NCBI GenBank assembly: GCA_947629235.1
Contig: CANRCX010000005.1
Span: forward strand, 1-62,938
Direction: 5' to 3'
DNA from: an uncultured Bacilli bacterium
GTDB lineage: Bacteria; Bacillota_I; Bacilli_A; RF39; UBA660
Length of the DNA stretch: 62,938 nucleotides
This document shows, in pieces, positions 9,116 through 18,653 of the stretch (position 1 is its first letter; the number at the start of each line of letters is the position of its first letter). The notes beneath the pieces are model-generated. The model had not been told where the DNA came from. It did no database searches and saw only the letters and a list, made by a program, of their open reading frames with translations. The position numbers and the translations under genes are program-made.

Positions 9116-9742
9116 GTGGATATTTTGAGACTTAAACATATTAAAAATGCAAGTGAAATAATATCAAAATCAAAATATTTAATAAAGAATCCTATAGAAT
9201 ATAAAGGAAAGTGGAAAAAATTATTTAACAATAATAATGATATTGAAATAGAAATTGGAATGGGAAAAGGAAAATTTATTATAAGTAAAGCTATTAATAA
9301 TCCAAATATAAATTATATTGGAATAGAAAAATATGATAGCCCACTAGTAAGTGCAGTAAAAAAATTAGAAGAATTAGATATACCAAATTTAAAATTAATT
9401 TGTTTTGATGCTAGTAATATAAATGATATATTTGATAAAGAAATTACAAAAATATATCTTAATTTTAGTGACCCATGGCCTAAAAAAAGACATACTAAAA
9501 GAAGACTTTCATCTCCTAATTTTTTAGAAAAATATGATAAAATATTTAAAGATAAAAATGATATTGAAATGAAAACAGATAATGATGAGTTATATGAATA
9601 TTCTTGTAATTCATTTATAGATAATGATTATGAAATTATTAAAACAGATACTAATTATTTAGATGAATATAGAACAGAATATGAAGATAAATTTATTAGT
9701 TTGGGTAAAAATATAAATTATATTCATGTTGTTAAAAAATAA
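9116..9742 (+). CDS. trmB: tRNA (guanine-N7)-methyltransferase
   Basis: IEIGMGKG SAM-binding loop and FSDPWPKKRHTKRRL motif. Start ambiguous (GTG 9116 or TTG 9125 after GAGGTGG). Confidence 0.85.
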   Translation: MDILRLKHIKNASEIISKSKYLIKNPIEYKGKWKKLFNNNNDIEIEIGMGKGKFIISKAINNPNINYIGIEKYDSPLVSAVKKLEELDIPNLKLICFDASNINDIFDKEITKIYLNFSDPWPKKRHTKRRLSSPNFLEKYDKIFKDKNDIEMKTDNDELYEYSCNSFIDNDYEIIKTDTNYLDEYRTEYEDKFISLGKNINYIHVVKK

Positions 9743-9779
9743 ATAATTTGTTATAATTTTATTATATGGAGAATTAAAA

Positions 9780-10400
9780 ATGATTAAGAAAATACTAATT
9801 ATAATTTGTGTATTTATGTTATGTGGTTGTACAGCTATTAACATTAATAAATTATCATTTCATGAAATTGTTGATAATGTAATATCTAAAGAAAATAAAC
9901 AATACAATACAAATAATAAAGGCTATAGATATTTTTTACCAACAGAATTTAGTGTGTCTAAAGATAGTGATTTTGTTCAAGAATTAACATCACATAATAG
10001 TGTTTACTATTTAAATGTAGATATAGTTAGTTATTATTATAAAAATCTAATGAAAACAGAGCATGATTTAAGTGATTATGAATACTTTACATTTGAAAAT
10101 GGTGATAAAATAGGATACTTAAGAATTAGAAAAAATAATGATTACTTTTTTGTTGAAGTGTGTTATAATTATGCTATAATAGAAGTAGAGGTAAAAGAAA
10201 GTGAGCTAAAATATGCAGTATCACGAAGTATGATGATCTTAAATTCTATAAAATATAATGATTTAATAATAGAAAAATATATTAATGAAAATGATATAGA
10301 ATCAAAAGAAACAATATATAAAATACCTGAACCTAAGAATAAAAATGATTCAAAAAATATACTACAGTATATAGAAGAATATGAAGAGTCAGAAGAGTAA
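9780..10400 (+). CDS. lipoprotein, function unknown
   Basis: Signal peptide with lipobox FMLCGC. Confidence 0.7.
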   Translation: MIKKILIIICVFMLCGCTAININKLSFHEIVDNVISKENKQYNTNNKGYRYFLPTEFSVSKDSDFVQELTSHNSVYYLNVDIVSYYYKNLMKTEHDLSDYEYFTFENGDKIGYLRIRKNNDYFFVEVCYNYAIIEVEVKESELKYAVSRSMMILNSIKYNDLIIEKYINENDIESKETIYKIPEPKNKNDSKNILQYIEEYEESEE

Positions 10401-10415
10401 GAAAGAGGTGCTATT

Positions 10416-11291
10416 ATGGGCGTATTTTCAAAGTTAAAAGGTATATTTTATGATGAAGTTGTAGTTGATGAAGATGTACCAGAAGAAGAAATAGATAAAG
10501 TAGACAAAATAGTAAAAAAAGAAATAAAAGAAGATAGACCAAAAGTAGAAGAAATAAAATATAAAACTATTGAACTAGAACCAGAAAAAGAAGAACCAGT
10601 AAAAACAGATAGTACATTTAGTGAAAGAGATTTATTTAAAAGTGAAAGGACATTTAATTTTACAGAATTTGATGATGAAGAAGAAGTTAGTACACCATCT
10701 AGAAGAAATGTATTAAATAATATTGATAATTCTGTAAATAATATTAGTACAACAACAAGAAGTACAGAACCTATTTTACCAGAGCAACCTAAGACATTTA
10801 AACCAAGTCCTGTTATTTCACCAATATATGGTATATTAGATAAAGATTATAAAAAAGATGAAATAAAATCAAAACCTATTAAACCAAATGTAACAACATC
10901 TAGTGTTACTAAATATGATACAGTTAGAAGAAAAGCTTATGGAACACTAGAAGATGAACTAGAAGATACATTAAATTCAATAAACAAGTTGTCAACAACA
11001 ACTATTAAAAAAGAAATTAATAAAGTAGATAAAGAAGTAGATAAATTAGAAAAAACTTCTAAAATTGAAGATTTAATATCTAAAATAGATGATGCAACTC
11101 AAGAATTTGATGATAGTATAACTGTTGGTGATTTAGAAGATAATTTAGAAAGCAATATAAAAATAACAACTTTTGATGATAATAATGAAGATGATAAAGT
11201 AGAAGATGTTCATGAAGATAAAGATCTTGATAGTACATTAGAGCATGATTTATTTAATTTAATAGATTCAATGTATGATAAGGAGAATTAA
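10416..11291 (+). CDS. acidic Glu/Asp/Lys-rich hypothetical protein
   Basis: Good SD (AGAGGTG); no catalytic motif recognised. Confidence 0.55.
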   Translation: MGVFSKLKGIFYDEVVVDEDVPEEEIDKVDKIVKKEIKEDRPKVEEIKYKTIELEPEKEEPVKTDSTFSERDLFKSERTFNFTEFDDEEEVSTPSRRNVLNNIDNSVNNISTTTRSTEPILPEQPKTFKPSPVISPIYGILDKDYKKDEIKSKPIKPNVTTSSVTKYDTVRRKAYGTLEDELEDTLNSINKLSTTTIKKEINKVDKEVDKLEKTSKIEDLISKIDDATQEFDDSITVGDLEDNLESNIKITTFDDNNEDDKVEDVHEDKDLDSTLEHDLFNLIDSMYDKEN

Positions 11292-11294
11292 AAT

Positions 11295-11591
11295 ATGAAT
11301 GAAACATTACTTTTAGCAATATACTTATTATTGATAGTATTAATAGTACTTGCAATTGCTGTATTAATTAAAGTTTTACTTACATTAAACAAAGTTGATG
11401 TAATATTAGAAGATGTTACAACTAAAGTAAAATCACTTGATAAACTATTTAATGTTATTAACTTTGCAAATGATAGAATATCAATGTTAAGTGAAACATT
11501 AGTAGGATTTATAACAAGCGGAGTTAGAAGACTAACAAGAGTATTAAATAAAAATAAAGACAAAGAAATGGAGGAAGATATTGATGAGTAA
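11295..11591 (+). CDS. small N-terminally membrane-anchored protein (DUF948-like)
   Basis: One N-terminal TM helix plus a helical tail, directly upstream of a YtxH-like gene as in the Bacillus ytxG/ytxH pairing. Confidence 0.5.
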   Translation: MNETLLLAIYLLLIVLIVLAIAVLIKVLLTLNKVDVILEDVTTKVKSLDKLFNVINFANDRISMLSETLVGFITSGVRRLTRVLNKNKDKEMEEDIDE

Positions 11592-12012
11592 AAAAGAAAA
11601 AAGTGGTGGATTTGGAAAATTCTTAGGTGGTTTAGCTGTAGGAGCTGGACTTGGAATTCTATTCGCACCAGATAAAGGAGAAAATACAAGAAAAGTTCTT
11701 TCTAAAAAAATAGAAGAATTAATTGCACAATTAAAAGAAGTAGATATGGATGAAGTAAAAGATGAACTTCTTTATAAAGTAGAAACATTACAAGCAGATT
11801 TAAAAGAATTAGATAAAGAAAAAGCTAAAGATTTAGTATTAAAAGAAGCTAAAAATATTAAAGAAAAAGCAGAAGATATCTATGAATATGCTGTAGAAAA
11901 AGGAACTCCTGTTGTAGAACAAGCAGCAGATGAAGTTAGAAAACAAGCACTTAAAGTAGTAAAAGAAATAGAAAAGAAATTAGAATCAGATACTAAAAAA
12001 AGTAAAAAATAA
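11584..12012 (+). CDS. YtxH-like general-stress-type protein
   Basis: GGLAVGAGLGILFAPDKGENTRK motif followed by a coiled coil; GAGGA SD before ATG 11584. Confidence 0.65.
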   Translation: MSKKEKSGGFGKFLGGLAVGAGLGILFAPDKGENTRKVLSKKIEELIAQLKEVDMDEVKDELLYKVETLQADLKELDKEKAKDLVLKEAKNIKEKAEDIYEYAVEKGTPVVEQAADEVRKQALKVVKEIEKKLESDTKKSKK

Positions 12013-12033
12013 AAGACTATAATTAGTCTTTTT
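12012..12033 (+). terminator. intrinsic terminator
   Basis: aaagacta-taat-tagtcttt plus T-run. Confidence 0.6.
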
Positions 12034-12071
12034 GTTTAGTTTGATAAATAATAAGTATTCTATATTAAATA

Positions 12072-12100
12072 TTTACAAATATAATTTTATATGTTAAAAT
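12072..12100 (+). promoter_or_regulatory. promoter TTTACA-17-TAAAAT
   Basis: Hexamers at 12072-12077 and 12095-12100. Confidence 0.4.
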
Positions 12101-12106
12101 TCTAAT

Positions 12107-12310
12107 ATATTAAAATTAAATGCGAAGAAAATATTAATAAATCACTTATTAAAGAGAGCTTATGATGGTGGAAATTAAGTATAATATTTATTAATTCCTA
12201 TTCTTCTTATGCAGATAAATTTAAAGTTTATCCGGGATTTCCCGTTATTAAAATTAAGTAAATTAAAGGATGGTACCGTCTTATTGACTCCTTATATCAT
12301 CCTTTTTATT
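12107..12310 (+). promoter_or_regulatory. T-box leader, proline specifier (CCU)
   Basis: Stem I AGAGA/GA motif, CCT at ~12197-12199, T-box sequence aaaggatggtaccgtc, terminator aaggatg...catcctt plus T-run. Confidence 0.85.
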
Positions 12311-12321
12311 TTGGAGGATTT

Positions 12322-13743
12322 ATGAAAAATGAAAAAATTACTTTAAGAAGTGAAGATTTTGCAAAATGGTATACTGATGTAGTAAAAGCTGCTAGACTTG
12401 CAGATTATTCAACTGTAAAAGGATGTATTATATTTGAACCTAATGGTTATGCAATATGGGAAAAAATGCAAAGTGTACTTGATTCAATGTTTAAAGAATG
12501 TGGTCATCAAAATGTATATTTACCTGTATTAATACCAGAGAGTTTACTTGCAAAAGAAGGAGAATTAATTAATGGTTTTGCACCAGAATGTGCATGGGTT
12601 ACTACTGGTGGACAAGATACTTTAGAAGAAAGACTTGCATTTCGTCCTACAAGTGAAACATTATTTAGTGACTACTATAGTAAAACTGTTAAAACATATA
12701 GAGATTTACCAAAATTATATAATCAATGGTGTAATATAATTAGATGGGAAAAAGAAACAAGACCATTTTTAAGATCAAGAGAATTCTTATGGCAAGAAGG
12801 ACATACAGTTCACTCTACAAGTGAAGAAGCAGAACTTGAAGCAAATAGAATGTTAGATGTATATAAAACATTTTTTGAAAAATATTTAGCAATACCAGTA
12901 ATAACTGGAAAGAAAACAGAAAAAGAAAAATTTGCAGGAGCAGAATACACTCTTACAGTAGAAGCATTAATGCAAAATGGAGTTAGTTTACAATCAGCAA
13001 CAAGTCATTATTTTGGACAAAAATTTTCAAAAGCTTATGATATAAAATTTGTAAATAAAAATAATGAATATGAATATTGTTATCAAACATCTTGGGGAAG
13101 TACAACAAGAATGATAGGTGCATTAATTATGGTACATTCTGATGATAGAGGACTAGTTTTACCACCAAAAATTGCTCCAAAACAAGTATGTATTATACCT
13201 ATTAAAAATGATGAAAAATTATTAGATATCAGTAAAAAAATAAATGAATCATTATTATCAAAAGGAATTAGTTCATATATTGATTATTCAGATAAATCAG
13301 CAGGATTTAAATTTGCAGAAGCAGAAGTTAATGGAATACCACTTAGAATAGAAATTGGTCCAAGAGATTTAGAAAAGAATGAAGTAACTGTAGTTAGAAG
13401 AGATACTTTAGAAAAAGAAATAGTAAAATTAAATGATATAATAAATGTAGTAGTGCAATCATTAGATAAAATGCAAGATAATTTATATAATAGAGCACTT
13501 AAAAATCTACAAGATAGAACATATGATGTTACTACATTAAAAGAAATAGAAGATATCATGAATAATAAACCTGGATTTGTAAATGCATACTGGTGTGGAG
13601 ATAGTGAATGTGAAGTAAAAATGAAAGAAATAAAAGGTACTAAATCTAGATGTATTATTGAAAGTAAAGATTATGAAGATGAAAAATGTGTAGTTTGTGG
13701 TAAAGATGCTAAACATAAAGTAGTATGGGGAATACAATATTAG
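12322..13743 (+). CDS. proS: prolyl-tRNA synthetase, short archaeal/eukaryote-like type (no INS editing domain, C-terminal Cys-rich domain)
   Basis: AFRPTSE, RWEKETRPFLRSREFLWQEGHT, C-terminal CGDSEC...CVVCG, terminal Tyr; 473 aa. Confidence 0.9.
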   Translation: MKNEKITLRSEDFAKWYTDVVKAARLADYSTVKGCIIFEPNGYAIWEKMQSVLDSMFKECGHQNVYLPVLIPESLLAKEGELINGFAPECAWVTTGGQDTLEERLAFRPTSETLFSDYYSKTVKTYRDLPKLYNQWCNIIRWEKETRPFLRSREFLWQEGHTVHSTSEEAELEANRMLDVYKTFFEKYLAIPVITGKKTEKEKFAGAEYTLTVEALMQNGVSLQSATSHYFGQKFSKAYDIKFVNKNNEYEYCYQTSWGSTTRMIGALIMVHSDDRGLVLPPKIAPKQVCIIPIKNDEKLLDISKKINESLLSKGISSYIDYSDKSAGFKFAEAEVNGIPLRIEIGPRDLEKNEVTVVRRDTLEKEIVKLNDIINVVVQSLDKMQDNLYNRALKNLQDRTYDVTTLKEIEDIMNNKPGFVNAYWCGDSECEVKMKEIKGTKSRCIIESKDYEDEKCVVCGKDAKHKVVWGIQY

Positions 13744-13762
13744 TAAAAATATTATAAAATAC

Positions 13763-13792
13763 TTGACAATTACATATAATTTAATATATAAT
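13763..13792 (+). promoter_or_regulatory. promoter TTGACA-18-TATAAT
   Basis: Hexamers at 13763-13768 and 13787-13792. Confidence 0.5.
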
Positions 13793-13798
13793 CTTATT

Positions 13799-13908
13799 TG
13801 TTGAAAAAGAAAGAAAGAGATCCACTCTTCACCAGATGTATTAATACATTGGTATAAAAGCTTATTTATATTAAATATGTTTTTAAGTGGACTCATGTCC
13901 ACTTTTTT
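13799..13908 (+). promoter_or_regulatory. L20-type ribosomal-protein leader with attenuator terminator
   Basis: ~110-nt leader ahead of infC-rpmI-rplT, ending in hairpin aagtggac-tcat-gtccactt plus T6 (13885-13908), 10 nt before the ORF. Confidence 0.55.
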
Positions 13909-13933
13909 AATGTAAAATATGGAGGTGTTAGCA

Positions 13934-14458
13934 ATAGCTAAGCAAAATAATGAAGTTCTAATTAATGAACAAATAACTATACCAGAAGTTATGGTAATTG
14001 GACCTAATGGAGAAAAAATGGGTATCAAAAAAATAGAAGATGCTCTAACTTTATCAAAATATGCTGGACTTGATTTAGTATTATTAAATAGTGATCCTAA
14101 AAATCCTGTTTGTAAAATAATCGATTATAACAAATATCGTTATGAAAAACAAAAACAAATCAAAGAAGCTAAGAAAAAACAAAGAGAACAAAATCTTGAG
14201 TTAAAAGAATATAGACTTAGTGTCTCTATTGATATAGGAGATTTTGAAACTAAATTAAGAAATGCTAAAGCATATTTAGAAAAAGGTCATAAAATTAAAG
14301 TAACTGTTAGATTTAAAGGAAGACAACTTTCACATCCAGAACTTGGTCGTGATGTAATCTTAAGATTTGCAGATAGATTAAGTGATGTTGCTGAAATAGA
14401 GTCTCAACCAAAAATGGAAGGTAGAAGCATGCAGTTATTCTTAACACCAAAAAAATAG
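13934..14458 (+). CDS. infC: translation initiation factor IF-3, probable non-AUG (AUA) start
   Basis: GGAGGTG lies inside the track ORF (13922-13928), 5 nt before ATA 13934. ATG 13919 has no SD and sits directly after the terminator T-run. IAKQNNEVLINEQI...LVLLN is typical IF-3. Confidence 0.8.
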   Translation: MAKQNNEVLINEQITIPEVMVIGPNGEKMGIKKIEDALTLSKYAGLDLVLLNSDPKNPVCKIIDYNKYRYEKQKQIKEAKKKQREQNLELKEYRLSVSIDIGDFETKLRNAKAYLEKGHKIKVTVRFKGRQLSHPELGRDVILRFADRLSDVAEIESQPKMEGRSMQLFLTPKK

Positions 14459-14473
14459 AAAGGAAGATGTAAT

Positions 14474-14665
14474 ATGCCAAAAATGAAATCACATGGTGGT
14501 ATTAGTAAAAAAATTAAAGTAAGAAATTCTGGTTCAACAAAAATTGGACATGTAGGAGCTAATCATAATAGTGGAAAGAAGCCAACAGACTTCAATAGAA
14601 AAGCAAGAAAGGGTTCTAATCTAAGCACAGGAGATGCTAGAAGATATAAAGGACTTTTAGGATAA
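14474..14665 (+). CDS. rpmI: 50S ribosomal protein L35
   Basis: MPKMKSHGG... and operon position. Confidence 0.9.
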   Translation: MPKMKSHGGISKKIKVRNSGSTKIGHVGANHNSGKKPTDFNRKARKGSNLSTGDARRYKGLLG

Positions 14666-14678
14666 GGGGGAAGTATAA

Positions 14679-15209
14679 ATGACAAGAGTTAAAGGTGGAA
14701 ATGTTTCAAAAAACAGAAGAAGAAAAGTATTAAAAAGAGCTAAAGGTTACTTTGGAAGTAAACATAGATTATATAAGACAGCTCAAGAACAATTATTCCA
14801 TAGTGGAGCATATAGTTTCAATGATAGAAAGAAAAGAGCAAATGACTTTAGAAAATTATGGATTACAAGAATTAATGCTGCTTGTAGAAGTAATGATATA
14901 GTTTATTCTAAATTTATTAATGGTCTTAAAAAAGCTAATATTGAAATTAATAGAAAAATGCTTAGTGAACTTGCAATTTATGCACCAGAAGAATTTACTA
15001 AATTAGTTAAATTATCTAAAGATGCATTAGAAGGAAAAGCTCCAGTAAAAGAATCAAAAACTGTAGAAGCTAAAGTTGAAAAAGTAGTTAATGAAAAAAG
15101 AGATTATTCTAAATTAACAGTAGCAGAATTAAAAGAATTATGCAAAGAAAAGAATATTGATACTACTGATATGAAAAAAGCTGATTTAGTAGCTGCTTTA
15201 GAAAAATAA
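14679..15209 (+). CDS. rplT: 50S ribosomal protein L20 with ~57-aa C-terminal SAP/Rho_N-like extension
   Basis: [26 protein letters not shown] core, then [31 protein letters not shown]. Confidence 0.9.
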   Translation: MTRVKGGNVSKNRRRKVLKRAKGYFGSKHRLYKTAQEQLFHSGAYSFNDRKKRANDFRKLWITRINAACRSNDIVYSKFINGLKKANIEINRKMLSELAIYAPEEFTKLVKLSKDALEGKAPVKESKTVEAKVEKVVNEKRDYSKLTVAELKELCKEKNIDTTDMKKADLVAALEK

Positions 15210-15215
15210 TTATTA

Positions 15216-15243
15216 AAACTTATGAGATTTCATAAGTTTTTTT
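15216..15243 (+). terminator. intrinsic terminator
   Basis: aaacttatga...tcataagttt plus T-run. Confidence 0.7.
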
Positions 15244-15277
15244 GTGTTCTTTTTTGAATAATTAAACATATTATTTA

Positions 15278-16318
15278 TTGATGATTATGATAAAAAAATA
15301 TGCTTTAAATAAAATATCAGTAGCAACATTATGTTTAATATTACTCCTTATGTTTTATTTTATCCCAACAAATAATAATATAGAAACAACTGTTGATGAA
15401 AATAATAATAAATTAAAAGAAAATGTAGTTTATTTATTAGATGAAGATAATTATGTATCTAGAATAACTACTTTTTATGATGAAAAAGATATAACAGAAG
15501 ACATTAAGAAAAAAATAGATATCTTAATTAATGGAAATGATGATATAAATAAATTTTATCCATTAATACCAAAAGAAACTAAAATAAATAATGTTAAAGT
15601 AGAAAAAGATAGTGTTTATATAGATTTTAGTAAAGAAATATTAAATGTTAATAAATATTTAGAAGAATCTATGATAGAGTCTATAGTTTATACATTAACA
15701 GAAATAAATGGTCTTAATAAAATATATATAACTATTGAAGGAGAAAAATTAACAAAACTTCCTAATTCTAATAAAGAAATAGATTATCCATTAACAAGAA
15801 GTATTGGTATTAATAAAGAATATAATTTAACTAGTTTTGATAATATTGATAAAACAACTGTATTCTTTTTAAAAGATAATGAAGATACTACTTATTTTGT
15901 ACCAGTTACTAAAATAAGTAATATAGAAGCAGAAAAAATAGATATTATTATAGAAGAATTAAAAAGTCCAATTAATTCTCAAAATAATTTAAATGGATAT
16001 ATTAGTGATAATTTAGAACTAGTTAGTTTTAATAAAGATAATAATAAAATAGATCTAGTATTTAATAATTATATATTTACAGATAATAAAATATTAGAAA
16101 GTGTAGAATATGTAATATCTAAATCTATATTTGAAAACTATGATGTAGATGAAATAAATTTTAGTAGTGAAGAAAATAAAAATATAGATACTATTAAAAA
16201 AGATGATGATATTGATTTAAATAATGTTTCAAATAATATAAATATTAAAAATGAAAAAGAAACAAAAACAGAAGATAAAATAGAAGATAAAAAAACAAAT
16301 AATTATTATACAAATTAA
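15278..16318 (+). CDS. membrane-anchored protein with two GerM-like modules
   Basis: N-terminal TM, then two similar modules (VVYLLDEDNYVSRITTF... and TVFFLKDNEDTTYFVPVTK...). Start uncertain (TTG/ATG cluster 15278-15287). Confidence 0.4.
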   Translation: MMIMIKKYALNKISVATLCLILLLMFYFIPTNNNIETTVDENNNKLKENVVYLLDEDNYVSRITTFYDEKDITEDIKKKIDILINGNDDINKFYPLIPKETKINNVKVEKDSVYIDFSKEILNVNKYLEESMIESIVYTLTEINGLNKIYITIEGEKLTKLPNSNKEIDYPLTRSIGINKEYNLTSFDNIDKTTVFFLKDNEDTTYFVPVTKISNIEAEKIDIIIEELKSPINSQNNLNGYISDNLELVSFNKDNNKIDLVFNNYIFTDNKILESVEYVISKSIFENYDVDEINFSSEENKNIDTIKKDDDIDLNNVSNNINIKNEKETKTEDKIEDKKTNNYYTN

Positions 16319-16328
16319 AAATAAACTC

Positions 16329-16357
16329 TTGATTTTAAACTAATTCTTTACTATAAT
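16329..16357 (+). promoter_or_regulatory. promoter TTGATT-17-TATAAT
   Basis: Hexamers at 16329-16334 and 16352-16357. Confidence 0.55.
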
Positions 16358-16363
16358 TATTCC

Positions 16364-16600
16364 TATAAACGCGATGAAGTGGAAGAGTAATTATATAATT
16401 AATTTATAGAAAGTTAATGGTTGATGGAAATTAATAATTAATGTATTTTGAAAGACACCACATAAGTGCATGAAGAAATTAAGTAGAACATGCCGGTTAA
16501 AACCCGTTATAATAAATGAGTGACTATATATTAGTAATTAAGGTGGTACCACGGATATAACAATGATTCGCCCTTTGTGTGTAAATCATTGTTTTTTATT
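16364..16600 (+). promoter_or_regulatory. T-box leader, aspartate specifier (GAC)
   Basis: gcgatgaagtggaagagta stem I base, GAC at 16454-16456, T-box aattaaggtggtaccacgg, terminator aacaatgatt...aatcattgtt plus T-run. The track ORF start 16563 lies inside the terminator. Confidence 0.85.
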
Positions 16601-16616
16601 GAAAGGATATGATAAT

Positions 16617-18350
16617 ATGGAAAAAATTAAAAATTATAATATTAAAAACGTAGGTGAAAAAGTAACTATTAATGGATGGGTATCAAGATTAAGAAATTTA
16701 GGTGGAGTTGTATTTATTGACCTTAGAAATAGAAGTGGAATAATACAAATAGTAGTAAAACCAGATAATAAATATTATGAACTTGCTAATACTTTAAAAA
16801 GTGAATATGTTATTAAAGTAGAAGGAACAATAGTAGAAAGAGAAAGTAAAAATAACAAACTTTCTACTGGTGAAATAGAAGTAGATGCAGAAGTATTAGA
16901 ACTTATAAATAAGTCAAAAGAAATACCATTTCAAATAAGTGATGATACTACTGCACTAGAAGATACTAGACTTAAATATAGATATTTAGATTTAAGAAGA
17001 GAAAGTTTAAAGAATAATTTTGTTGTTAGAAATAATATTACTTTTGCTACTAGAAAATTTTTAAATAATTTAGATTTTCTAGAAGTAGAAACTCCAGTAC
17101 TTTGTAAATCAACTCCAGAAGGAGCAAGAGATTATTTAGTACCTAGTAGAGTAAATAAAGGTAAATTTTATGCTCTTCCACAATCTCCACAAATATTTAA
17201 ACAATTATTAATGGTATCAGGATTTGAAAGATATTTTCAAATTGCTAAATGTTTTAGAGATGAAGATTTAAGAGCAGATAGACAACCAGAATTTACACAA
17301 ATTGATGTTGAAATGTCATTTGTTGATGAAGATGATGTTATGACTTTAGGTGAGAATCTAGTAGCAAGTATATTTAAAGATGTTAAAAATATTGATATTA
17401 AATTACCACTTAGAAGAATGAAATATGATACTGCTATTGAAAAATATGGAAGTGATAAACCAGATTTAAGATTCAATATGGAAATAGAAGATATAACAGA
17501 TATATTTAAGAATACTACATTTAGTGTATTTAAAAATGTTATTGATGAAAATGGTGTTATTAATGCAATAGTAGTTAAGAATGCAAGTGATAAATTTTCA
17601 AGAAAAGATTTAGATAAATTAACAGATTTTGTCAAAACTTATAAAGCATCTGGTCTTGCTTATTTAAAATATCAAAGTGAAATAAGTGGTTCAGTATTTA
17701 AAGTTTTAAGTGAAAAAGAAATAAATGATGTTAAAGAAAAATTAAATATTGAAGATAATGATTTAGTGTTAATAATTAGTGGAGAATACAAAGTAGTTAA
17801 AACATCTCTTGGTGCTCTTAGATGTAAAATTGCAAATGATTTGAATTTAATTGATAAAAATAGATATGAATTATTATGGGTAACTGATTTTCCATCATTT
17901 GAATGGAGTGAAGAAGAAAATAGATTTATGGCTTGTCATCATCCATTTACTATGCCAAAAGATGAAGATGTTGATAAATTACTTACAGATAAAGCACATT
18001 GTTATTCAAAAGCTTATGATATTGTAATTAATGGATATGAAGCTGGTGGTGGATCAATTCGTATTCATGATGAAAAAGTACAAGAAACTATGTTTAAAGC
18101 ATTAGAATTAACAGAAGAAGATATTAAAGAAAAATTTGGTTTCTTTGTTGATGCTTTAAAATATGGTTGTCCTCCTCATGGTGGATTTGCACTTGGTCTT
18201 GATAGACTTACAATGATACTATGTGGTACTGAAAATATACGTGATGTTATTGCATTTCCTAAAACTGCTAGTGCTACTGACTTAATGTGTGAATGTCCTA
18301 ATGTAGTAGATCAAAAACAACTAGATGAATTAGGTATAAAACTTAAATAA
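16617..18350 (+). CDS. aspS: aspartyl-tRNA synthetase (bacterial type)
   Basis: FQIAKCFRDEDLRADRQPEFTQID, GGGSIRIH, GLDRL; start at MEKIKNY after the T-box terminator. Confidence 0.92.
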   Translation: MEKIKNYNIKNVGEKVTINGWVSRLRNLGGVVFIDLRNRSGIIQIVVKPDNKYYELANTLKSEYVIKVEGTIVERESKNNKLSTGEIEVDAEVLELINKSKEIPFQISDDTTALEDTRLKYRYLDLRRESLKNNFVVRNNITFATRKFLNNLDFLEVETPVLCKSTPEGARDYLVPSRVNKGKFYALPQSPQIFKQLLMVSGFERYFQIAKCFRDEDLRADRQPEFTQIDVEMSFVDEDDVMTLGENLVASIFKDVKNIDIKLPLRRMKYDTAIEKYGSDKPDLRFNMEIEDITDIFKNTTFSVFKNVIDENGVINAIVVKNASDKFSRKDLDKLTDFVKTYKASGLAYLKYQSEISGSVFKVLSEKEINDVKEKLNIEDNDLVLIISGEYKVVKTSLGALRCKIANDLNLIDKNRYELLWVTDFPSFEWSEEENRFMACHHPFTMPKDEDVDKLLTDKAHCYSKAYDIVINGYEAGGGSIRIHDEKVQETMFKALELTEEDIKEKFGFFVDALKYGCPPHGGFALGLDRLTMILCGTENIRDVIAFPKTASATDLMCECPNVVDQKQLDELGIKLK

Positions 18351-18373
18351 ATTGTCTAAATTTAAAAAAAGTA

Positions 18374-18402
18374 TTGAAAATTACTAAATATTGTTGTATA
18401 CT
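18374..18402 (+). promoter_or_regulatory. promoter TTGAAA-17-TATACT for the tRNA
   Basis: Hexamers at 18374-18379 and 18397-18402. Confidence 0.5.
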
Positions 18403-18426
18403 TTATTAAGTAATTTTCATTAATCT

Positions 18427-18503
<77 letters not shown>

Positions 18504-18513
18504 CTTAGTTAAT

Positions 18514-18537
18514 AATCCCTTTAAAAAGGGATTTTTT
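18514..18537 (+). terminator. intrinsic terminator
   Basis: aatccctt...aagggatt plus T6. Confidence 0.7.
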
Positions 18538-18653
18538 GTTTATAAATATTTAATATATTTATTGTGCATAATTAACACATTATTTTTGGATGATTATGCT
18601 TTGTATATATAAAATTATATGATAAAATGTATGAAGAAATGGGGAATTGTATT

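Noticed and set aside
10416-11291. Possible cell-division (SepF/ZapA-like) identity for the acidic protein beginning MGVFSKLKGIFYDE
   Set aside because: The resemblance is limited to a short N-terminal amphipathic pattern. No conserved domain could be recognised by eye, so it is left as hypothetical.
16563-16616. Upstream in-frame extensions suggested by the ORF track (aspS 16563, sbcD 4944, sigma-2 37292, mutS 54578, tmk 59263, pdp 52574, XRE 18627, LRR 25177, YtxH 11581)
   Set aside because: The extensions overlap terminators, leaders or promoters, lack an SD, and add non-homologous residues. Downstream ATGs with good SDs match the expected N-termini.
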